The position numbers were made by a program, and so were the translations under genes. This document shows, in pieces, positions 13,694-24,038 of a stretch of 64,000 bases of DNA. Position 1 is the first letter of the stretch, and each line of letters opens with the position of its first letter. Below the pieces are notes generated by a model. The model was not told where the DNA came from, searched no databases, and was given only the letters and a program-made list of their open reading frames with translations. The DNA is from Selaginella moellendorffii (Eukaryota; Plantae; Lycopodiophyta): the NCBI RefSeq assembly GCF_000143415.4, contig NW_003314263.1:124001-188000 (forward strand). The letters run 5' to 3'.

Positions 13694-14378
13694 AGACTCG
13701 AACTCGAACTCGGCCTCGGACTCGGACTCGGACTCGGACTCGGACTCGGACTCGGATTCGGACTCGGACTCGGACTCGGCCTCGGTCTCGGTCTCGGTCT
13801 CGGTCCCGATCTCGGTCTCGGTCTCGGTCCCGGTCTCGGTCTTGGTCCCGGTCTCGACTTCGGACTCCATCTTGGGTCCATCTCAGACTTCATCTCGGAC
13901 TCCATCTCGGGTCCATCTCGGGTCCATCTCGGACTCCATCTCGGACTCCACCTCGGACTCCATCTCGGGTCCTTCTCGGACTCCATCTCGGACTCCATCT
14001 CGGGTCCATCTCGGGTCCCATCTCGGGTCCATCTCGGGTCCATCTCGGACTCCATCTCGGGTCCCATCTCGGGTCCATCTCGGGTCCATCTCGGACTCCA
14101 TCTCGGGTCTATCTCAGACTCTATCTCGGACTCCATCTCGGGTCCATCTCGGACTCCATCTCGGGTACATCTCGGTTCTATCTCGGACTCCATCTCAGAC
14201 TCCACCTTGGACTCCATCTCAGGTCCTTCTCGGACTCCATCTTGGACTCCATCTCAGGTCCATCTCGGGTCCCATCTCGGGTCCATCTCGGGTCCATCTC
14301 GGACTCCATCTCGGACTCCATCTCGGACTCCATCTCGGACTCCATCTTGGGTCCATCTTGGACTCCATTTCAGACTCC
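13694..14378. repeat. Same tandem array in the second family A LTR
   Basis: Directly visible; unit order differs from 7760-8420. Confidence 0.95.
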
Positions 14379-15471
14379 CACGTGTCATGTGTTAGTCCTT
14401 TTGGGTCCCTTTTTGGAGCCTCGCTTATTGCTCTCTTTGTGCTTGTTCCTCGAGCACTTTGTTGGGAGTTCCACTCCCGCTCTCGACCTTTCAAGGCGAA
14501 GCTTTTAGTCCAAATGTGTTACGCTCGTTTGGCTTTCGCTTCGGCCACTACCACGTGGCGCCCTTCTGGCTCCACTTTGGGGCCTAGGGATTTTGTGTCT
14601 CACACACGGGTTCGATTCCCAATGATTAGTGGCTACTTAAAAGTATAATATACCCTTGAGCAAGGTATATTCCTACCCCTAAAATTTGAAATCGTATGTA
14701 TTGGGCATCCGTGCATACATCCTTCCTCTTGTGTGGAGTATCCATGGACGAAAGTATCCATCGTGGGAGTGCAGTACGGGTGGATGACTAGTTGCCTCAC
14801 ATGGAATAACTAGTCTACACAATGGAAGGATTGGTAGATTTAGTGCGGAAATGGAGGTGTTGGTTCCCCTTGGCTCAGTAGGGGTTGTTAGTCAATAGTC
14901 AATGAGGACATTGACATCTCTAAAGGGGGGGTGAGTGTAGCGCATGTGATCATGGGATGAGATTTGGATATACTGTCACCGTGGATCCTTGGAACCTTGG
15001 GGGATAAATGGGGATAAAATAGCCACTAAAAGCTCTATTTCGTTAAAGTGGGAATTGTCATTATCCCACTTGTAAAATAAGGTTTCCAAACCTTTATATA
15101 GTATATAAATATAACAAAATTCAACTGCATTAAGGCACATGCCATTTTATTTTAAACAAGGAAATGTCTACTTAATCACTTCTCCTCCCCCTGCCACTGC
15201 TTCACCTCTCTCTTCTCCTTGTCATCGTCGTCCAATTTCTTTCCATCCTTTTAATATTGGCTCAGTTGCTCCGAGTCTAGGTGGAGCCCAAGTCCCCATT
15301 CAATCTTTACTTTCCCCTTATTAATAAAACAACTTCGCAGACTTCCAATAACATGCTGTAACACTTCTAGTATAATGCAAATCCTCTCAAAGAATTGTCT
15401 TTTAATATTAATACAATGGCATGGAACCCCATGCCATAATAAGTTACATTTTTAAATAAATACATGCCATC

Positions 15472-18400
15472 TCAGACTGTTATTTTTTGCCTCCAACGCC
15501 TATACAATAATCTTGGAATTTCATCACTCTCCACACTATCAGGATTTAAACCCAATAGTAATGCCATCTCTTCTCTAATACGTCCACGCTCATGTTCAGT
15601 GGTCGAAGAACCCATCCGGTTGAGCAGATTATGGAGATGCGGATAGTGCTTGGCTAGACAATATACATGCCATAAATGATGACTGGTGTCTGTCCGATCA
15701 AATGGCTTCTGATATACCGTTCCATCTGCCATTTGGTTGATTTCTGCAGCCACCTCCTGGACTGGCCGGTTCTCTATCACCATCGCTTCAAGCCGTTTTG
15801 CAAGGTCCCCCAGAACATACGGTTTCTTCTCCCTAGTTTCCATACTGCAAGAGATGGGGTGCACTGCATATGTGTGCGTGTTCGCTGCAGTTTTAATCGG
15901 CGAGTCATCGATGATGAGGATTTCACTTGACCTAGCAGTCCGGTTCAGCACTACAGCCTCTGCCTTGACGAAGATGGGCTTGCTACCCCTCACATGGACC
16001 ATAGTCAAGCAATCCTCCTACGTTAGGAGAAAGTCAAATGGTAATATTACTCGCGTCTGATCGTGCATCATCTGTAGCAACGTTAATGCATTGTGGCGCA
16101 TCATGGATGTCCAAACTCCCAATTGCAAATTGAACCCGGCCCTATGTTTTAAGTGTCGCATGGTCATTATTAGATCCCGCAGTTTCTCCCGTGTGATTAA
16201 TGTGAATCTGTCTCTTTTGACCAACTTGCGACCGCAGGCTTTGGAGGGTGCAGTGACATTCGAGGACGAGCCACGCTCATGGGAGAAAAGGACACCGTTC
16301 AGATCAAAAACGATACAGTACTTTCGCCGTGACTCTGAAATGAAATGCGTCAGCATAAAAAATGGTACAAGTCAATTTTACCATCTACAATATTAGCGAA
16401 TGGTGCTCCCGATGGTCGTTCAGAGGGTTTTGGTCGAGGAAACGTGAAGGGCGGAAATACTCTCCTCTGCAATGTGGGGTCAATCGCATCCGATGGCGTG
16501 TGGGCACATGCCATTTCAGCTGTAGACTCTGGTACAACTGGCTCAACAGTGGCATGGGGTGGTTCCGATGGCGTGTGATCACACGCCATTTCAGCTGGTG
16601 CCTCCGTTGGCAAAGTGGACATGACTGAACAGGCAGCAGGGGCGGTGTAGGGAGGTTCCAACGGCGCGTAGTCAGACGATTGGGCACACGTTGGAAATGA
16701 GGATACGACCGGCTCGGCGGCTGGGGCGGCCTCATGCGGGTCCAATGGCGCCTGGTCACCGTCAGTTGGATACGTGGACAAGATTGACTCAGTGGTATGG
16801 GCAGCATCAAGTGGAGCGTGGTCAGCTTGCTTGGCGTTGATATGGATAGTAGCCTCCACCAGCTCTGATGACTCTTGCAGGCAAGTAGAGTCCACTGGCT
16901 GATCCATATGCATGTCCAAATATCTCCCTTCGATTGAGATGGTATCCTCCCGTGCTACTAAAAACAAACTCATTAGCACATTGAATCGACTATACTGTAT
17001 TTACCATCAACTGCTATTGAGGAACTAGGACCGATATCACTTGGGCGCACTGCTGATTCTGAAGGATTGGACATACATTTCGACCCTTGCTTGGCACTAT
17101 CCTTCCTCGACACTAAAGGCTAGAGTTTGTATCTTAATTCAACTGAATAATCTCTACTTACCATTTCTTCTGCGACCTACATGGACAATGTTAGAAATGG
17201 TAAAAGGTTAGGAATGGATGTACTATTATTTACCTAATGGTTTGTCTTGTATGACCTTCCTCCGCTGCTCTTTGGCCACCTCAGACTGGCCATCGTCGTC
17301 ATCATCGTCATCGTCGTTATTGTGATCATCACCATTGTGAGGACCATCCAAGTCCTCTTCATCCTCCTTTTCTTCATCCTCCTCTTCTTCGTCCTCCTCT
17401 TCTTTGTCCTCCTCTTCGTCCTTCTGCTCTTCCTGCTCATTATCTTTCTCTGGCTCCTCATCCCCCTCCTGCATTTCTTCCATAGGCTGCTCAGGCTGGA
17501 TGGCTTGTTCTTCCAGGACCATCTTGGGAAAATCATCTGGCCGAGTCTCCATCTCAAAATACAAGACATCCATAGCCTGTTTTAGTGCGTGACCTAGGAC
17601 CGTATCCTCACCCGACTGTCTTAACATGGTTTCTGCACGTTCTTGCACCCTTCGAAGACGACGAGATGAGAAAAACGTGGCCCTGACTTGAAAAGCATCC
17701 CTCATCCATTGTACCTCTCCATTGAGATTGGGGAAGGGGAGTCCGCCATAGGAATCTGAGTCAGAAGGTGGTGACTGGCTCCTTTCACTCAGCCCTTGAT
17801 CTGCAATGAATGGCATGAGCACACACGCCATAACCGCGAGGCATTACCTATCATCTTTTCGTTGCCCTTCTTCCTTTTCGAATCAAACGCCTCTGATCCC
17901 GACGACTGTCCAACGTGCTTTCGCTTTTTATGACCACTGTCAGTTTGAGCTTGGCTGGTGCTTGCCTGTTTTGCCTTTGAAGAAGTGTCTCCTGCAAGGA
18001 ATGGCATGAGACCACACGCCATTGTAAATATAATTTGTACCTCCTTTTTTCCTATTGCTTGTCTGTTTGTCCTTGTTCGACGCGCCACCAGTGCGTTTTT
18101 CAGTCCTCGTGTCTGAATATTCACAACGATCTATAATCAAAATGGCGTGAGGCCTCATGTGACCTTACCTTGTGCAGGTTGTGAGCTCGGCCTAACATCA
18201 GTAGCTGTTAACGCCGTTTCAGCATTTGGGGGTGGCCACGCTCCTGCATACAGAGCTTGTGAGATAACATTTAAACTTAAAGTGCGTACTCACCAGGTTC
18301 GTAGAGAAGATACTGTTTTTCTTTGGCAACTGTAATTATATGCTCCATTGAAGTCACCTCTTCAATGGAGTTTGTCACCGCAACACACGGGACACCCTTG

Positions 18401-21077
18401 AGTAGTGCGGCTCGAAAGAATAGTCCGCCGCAGTTGTACTCGACAACGCATTTGCCCTTGGAGTCACCCGCTATTGCGTTGAAGACCCAGCTGAGCATTT
18501 CCCATGCTGCACCTGGAGCTTTCTTTGGATTCGAAAGCTCCATAGCCGTCTTCAGTTCCTCAGGCACAGGTAAATTGACCTCCCTCAGATCAATTCGATC
18601 GGCTTTGTTGAACGAAGCTGGGAAGTCACTCCAGTCCCACTCTGCTGCAGGACCAATAACAAGGGCGAGTGTGAAGATGCGGACATTCGTCGGTATCTTC
18701 TTCTTAGCCATTATCCCATGGATCTCCCGCATCTCCTTGCCTTTCAACCGAGCCTTCACCTTGTTCAAGGCCTTCCAGAACTTGTGATAGGATTCGGAGT
18801 CGTAGATCATATAGTGGACTGAAGATTCCACCTCCGCAAGTCCCACCATTAAGTCAATGATGGAGCTGACTTCGTCTGCATGAGTGATCTCCTCATTTGT
18901 GAAGTCCATCACACAAAAGATGTTCTTGACCTGCTCATCTCCGCGGGAAACGATGCTCCTCCACCTTTGATCCTCATCCGAATTCACGTATACCCGGTAA
19001 GGTTCTCGATAGGCCTCTGCTGCGGGGTCGAGCTGTTTCTGAAGCCGGCAGTCGACATCCCTCTTAATGAAATTTGGATACTGATCCAACTTCTCAGCTT
19101 TACTTTTCGTGGCATCCCGCAACAGATCGATGAACTTGGGGGCCCCCTTCACGTAGTCGTCGATGTCTTCATTTGACAAGTCCAGCTCTTCCATCATCTC
19201 TTGCGTGGTGTCGATGCTCACCCTCGCCACGGCCACTTGCTCGAAGATCCAATCCTTCAATAGCGCACGAGCTCTCAGAGTCGTGCACAAGTCCTCGTAT
19301 GTCACAATATGGCCGGGAGTCATTTTGGTCTTGTTGAAGACTACCTCACCACGTAGAAGAGCATTAGCCACTGTCAGAAGGTCGTCGTCGTCTAGAGACC
19401 GCGAGAAACGCAAGGCGTTGAGCTTCAAATCATTGGGCTTCCGGCCGTCCTCCACACCCATTGAGTTTAGCAACTCCCCGTCATGGTACCTCCTCAGCAC
19501 ATCTACCCATTTGTCAAAAACAACTTTTGTCGCGAGTAGAATGTTATGGATGCTGAGTGTGTCATTGACCCCCAGTGTTTTCGAGAGAAGACTCGAGAAT
19601 TCCTGCAATGGAAATGGCGTGAGGCCACATGCTATGCCACATGCAACGAGGCTTACCTGCCAGGCGCTACTTGCTAGTGCACGTCCTTGTCCTAGTTTTT
19701 GTGGCTTCTTCAGTTGAACCCGGAGCTTCCGTGTTCGTGCCAATGTCTCGTGCAGACCCGATTTGTAGCACGTTTCTTGCTTGACATTCTGCGCGTGGGA
19801 GATGTATATGATAGATCGGAGGGGCGAGTTGCCTTTTATCAGACGGACAACTCTTGTCTTGAAGACTTTCTTCACCTCCTCGCCCACCATAATATCCACA
19901 ACTATCTGTTGCATCGCCAAGCTAGAATGCTGCCCGGAGACGGCATAGAACCGGATGTTCTGATCGTCCAACACCTTCCTATTGATCAAGTCTGGAAACC
20001 TCGTCTCGCCCTTCATTGTTCGGTAGTAGGGGATCACGTCTGCGATGTCGGGTGTTACTGGACTTGCCAGCATCTTCTGCTTCAGTTTCTCCACCCACTC
20101 ATCAGATACTAGCCTGTGGTTGTATTTGCTTTGGATCTCGATACGGCTCACGTCGATTGTATATACTTTGTTGGAATAGTAACAAGTACTATTATCTGCG
20201 ACGATTTTTGCTGCCTCTTCTTGCTCTTTCTGCTCTTTGCGGCTCTTCTTTTTGGTGGGTGTAGTGTTCGAACCCGAGGCAATGGCATCACCGAGTAGCT
20301 TCTTTTTTGGAGCAGCAGAGTCGGACGTCGGCTTGAGCTTGACCACCCTTTTCTGCTTCGGGGTAGTTTCCAGATCGACCCCCTTCCCCTTCGCTTCGCA
20401 AACTGGAGGCACTCTCAACGGCTCAATGTTGGAATATAGTTTTTGAACATCGCCGTAGGTGAGGTCCATGGATTCCATGTGATCTTCATAGACCCGCAGC
20501 GTCTTTGAAATTGTGGGCCTCCTGGACAACCTCTCCCTAGCTCCCTCTAGGAATTCCTCATAGCCGCTGCCCCCCTCCGGGAAGCCGCTAGGATGTGCAA
20601 GGTGGATCTTGAAGGCGGACGCTGTCTCTACCACAAGTGCCAGTCCATATTCTTGCATGGAACTGCATGGAGTGTCTGTCACTTGGATGAGGATCCCCAT
20701 GCATTCTTTTCTCCCACCATCTGTGTTGTACAGCATCAGATCCTCGCCTTCCATCCCGAAAGTCCAACTGGTGAGCTCCTCCCCCTTCTCTGCATCCACA
20801 TTGACAGTGGCTGGAAGAAGAACGCAATTCCTCGCCTGTTCAGAAATGCACAACAATTAGAGCTGACAGATGAAAAGCTAGCAGCTGGAAATAACGTGAG
20901 GCCACACGCCATTCACCACTGCATCAGATGTCTTGAGGCTGCATCCTAAGATGGCGTGAGGCTACACGCCATCTGTAACCGGACTGCACTCGAGAGCCCA
21001 ATCGGTGCATGCCAATGTTGCTACTGAATGGCATGTGGCCTCATGCCATTTTCTACTTGGCCTAAAAGACTTACCAT
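15472..21077 (-). CDS. Transposon cargo gene, 11 exons, ~1636 aa: ParB/Srx-like domain + degenerate amino-methyltransferase-like fold + basic/acidic/Pro-rich linkers + FCP1/NIF-type HAD domain; one premature stop at 16018-16020 in this copy
   Basis: Hand-spliced GT-AG introns at 20836-21074, 19603-19656, 18244-18293, 18113-18168, 17992-18040, 17801-17847, 17177-17233, 17113-17161, 16958-17004 and 16335-16381. They join the separate ORF-track pieces into one 4911-nt frame. Motifs: FYAVSGQHSSLA; NPKKAP...KCVVEYNCGG.FFRAALLKG; IVFDLNGVL...GVWTS...ILIIDDSPIK. The first exon (ATG only) is the least certain part. Confidence 0.8.
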
Positions 21078-24038
21078 TTGAAGCCGAATGGAGGCCGTGA
21101 CAATCGAGGCTGGACTCGCTGGCGAATGTGCACTGTGTGTGCAGCGGATCGTAGCAGCAAGGCTACTCTGCCACTTACAGTTGGAGAGTGGTGCTGAAAT
21201 CTCCCGGGACGCCAAGTGGGCTGCGTGTGGGTGGCGGAGTGGGCGGCGGAGTTGGCGGCGGAGTTACAAACTGGGTGTGTCTTGAAGTGGACGACGATGC
21301 ACACGAGCGCGATGCGAGCGCGAGTGTGATGCAAGCGCGAGTGGACGCCGATGCACACGAGAAACCTGTAGAGAAGTGAGCGTGATCGCGAGTGGGAGCG
21401 CAATGCGAGCGGGAGCGCGAGTGTGATGCGAGCGCGAGCGCGAGTGTGCGAGCGCGAGTACAAAGCAAAATGCAAAACCTAACCTCACACGCGCGAAATG
21501 TCACAATGGTTGGTAATCCCGCCACGTCATCATTCCTTGGACTTGGGCGCCACCATTAATTTCTGGATTGCCGCGCGCATGCAAGCACGCAAAATCCAAA
21601 AGATATCCGCAACGTCATCATTCCTCGGACTGCATGCATGCGAAATCCAAAAGAAAGATCATGATTGGGATATCATTTAATACCCTCGCTATATTTATAC
21701 CATGCATGATTGGATATTCCAAAGCATCTTGTATTTCCAAAAATGGCAGATGTTCAGCTAAATAAAGAAATTCTATCTGTTTCTATTTTTCTCTCAAATC
21801 AATATTATAGCGTGTGGGCTCATGCAATTTTGAACCAAAGAAACCCAAAAAACGTTGGACCCAAAATATTTTGAAAAAACCCAAAAAACCCTAAACATTT
21901 TAAACCCAAAAATCCAGGCGTCCTGTGGCGTTATTCCTTGAATGGCGTGTGGGTGCATGCCATTTTCAGGGCCAAATGCTGAATGGAGAAAAATTCCCTT
22001 TCAGTGCAAATGCTGCAAGAGGCAGATGCCGAGCACAACGGACTGTAACTACCTCACATGACACAGATAAACTTTTCTCTATTTGGCAAAGATAAACTTT
22101 ATAGCGTGTGGGCTCATGCAATTTTGAACCCAAAAAATGCACCAAAAAATTCTCGGCGTCATCTGGCGTTATCTCTTGAATGGCGTGGGGCCGCATGCCA
22201 TTTTCAGGGGCACATAGGAGTATATTCCTAGGATATTCTGACACGCGCGAGATTTTTTTGAGTTTTCTGGAGATCCAACCGTTAGATCGCAACTAGATTT
22301 TACAGAATGGTATACAATGTCTTTCTTGATGACCTTGCAAAGAAGCATCTCGATCGGACACCACATGAGACCACACGAGCCTTACAATGTTTCAGGGGCA
22401 TTTGCCATAGATCCGACCGTTATTTTGCTCCAAGATTTTACAGTTTGGTGTGCATTGACCTTTCCATCAACACTGCAAAGGGACATCACAATCAGATGCG
22501 GGATCACAAGAAACTAACTTCACTAACTCTGGTTTCACCAAGATCTACGTAAGGAGTTATGAAATGAAAGGACCCTCTCTATTGAAATGTGTTTATGGTC
22601 CTAGGGGCATTGTGACATATCAAAGGATTTTGCATCAAGTTCTGTATTTGCATGTTTATCAAGCTACTGAATTGCTAAACCCTAAACCCTAAACCCTAAA
22701 CCCTAAACATGTGGCAAATGCTGCGTGAAGAAAGATGCCCTTTCTGGGCAAATGCTGTAAGAGGCAGATGCCGAGCATATGTATCTCAGGCTAGCGAAGG
22801 GGACAAATGAAAGCTAGCTATAAACATGACGGGATGCAAATAGATTACTAGGCTGGTCCTGCGAAAATCAAAAACCATAATTGAAAACATTGAAAATGCA
22901 AAAAGAAAGGTTTATAATATTTTTGAATTTTAAGCAACCAATGGAATGTAAGTAGGGCATGTGTTTGTAAGTTTAAAAATGCCTCAACCACTTAAATTCC
23001 CAAGTAAATAAAGCTGTTTCTATTTTTGGTACAGGTAAACTTTATAGCGTGTGGGCTCATGTAATTTTGAACCAAAAAATGCACCAAAAAATGCTCGACT
23101 AGCATTATTCTTTGAATGGCGTGTGGCCTTATGTCGAGCATTATTCTTTGAATGGCGTGTGGCCTTATATTGCCATAAATGGACGTACACACACAGCATA
23201 ATTATTCCTTTACACGGCGAATAATCTTGGCGCGGATCGCTGACATGGCATGGCAAAGTTTGAATCACTGACATGGCACAGCTGGATCGAGGCAAGGACA
23301 TGATGTGACAAAGTTCAACCTCCGACAGCAAAGTCTAGAAGCTACTCAGTTTGAAATTTGTCAGAGGAATCATAAGATTTGGTTTGTCAGAGGATTTGAT
23401 GTGACGTTCAAGCGTGTGTTATTTTTGAATTCTCGAACTCATTCCTAGGTCTATCATTTTTGTGCGCCGTGTTCTTGGTTCTGCTGAGCGCAGTGAGCGC
23501 TGCTTGTGTAAGCGGCGTTGTGGGCTATGGTTTATGCGTCTACGAGCGGTTGCGGCATTGCGAGTGCCATTGCGAGCGGCAGTTTATGCGAGTGGCAGTT
23601 TGTGTGAGCGGCGCTACGAGCAGTTGCGGTGTTGCGAGCGGCGCTACGAGTAGTTGCGGTGTTGCGAGCGGCACTGTCTTTGGTGTGGCTACCGCTTCCT
23701 CTTGATATTTGGCACTTGTGCTTCCTGGTATGTTCACCATGGAATGGCTTAGGACCACATTTAGAAATGGCATGAGGCCACATGCCATCTTGGGCCCTTG
23801 CAATTTCATGGCTAGCGTATTGTCATGTATGTTTTTACTTGTCTGCAGCTGTGTGTATATCAAGATGGCATGAGGGCTCATGCCAATTTTGTGAATGCGA
23901 AATTTCACGTGGGTGTCAATAGCATGTTTGAATAATGGCATGTGGCCTCATGCTATTGAGGTTGTTTGGTATGTTATGATTTAGGCCATTCTCCAATCAT
24001 TTTTTTTATGGTCTTAACTTCTTTTCTGCACTTTCAGA
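21078..24038. promoter_or_regulatory. Divergent intergenic/promoter region between the cargo gene and the transposase
   Basis: Lies between two head-to-head genes. Contains CpG-rich GCGAGCG clusters (21300-21460, 23540-23672), duplicated blocks with paired palindromes, and a central telomere-repeat tract. Confidence 0.6.
22675..22708. repeat. Short plant telomere-type tract (AAACCCT)4 inside the transposon
   Basis: CTAAACCCTAAACCCTAAACCCTAAACCCTAAAC; homologous tracts at ~44740 (3 units) and ~47884 (4 units). Confidence 0.9.

Larger units (their letters stand above)
6766..14604 (-). mobile_element. Non-autonomous large LTR retroelement (LARD-like, family A) with ~1.9 kb LTRs at 6766-8646 and 12697-14604
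   Basis: Two long direct repeats with TG...CA ends. TSD CACGG at 6761-6765 and 14605-14609. PBS on the minus strand (GCTCCGATACCA, 12682-12693). PPT-like ACTCCACCACCCAC after 8646. The 4 kb interior has no long ORF. Confidence 0.92.

Noticed and set aside
22675-22708. Chromosome end or fusion site
   Set aside because: Only 3-4 units, at the same internal position in each transposon copy.
23020-23941. Small ORFs repeated between transposon copies (MACGLMPF / MRPHAI peptides)
   Set aside because: These peptides are translations of the DNA palindrome; their recurrence reflects recent duplication, not coding constraint.
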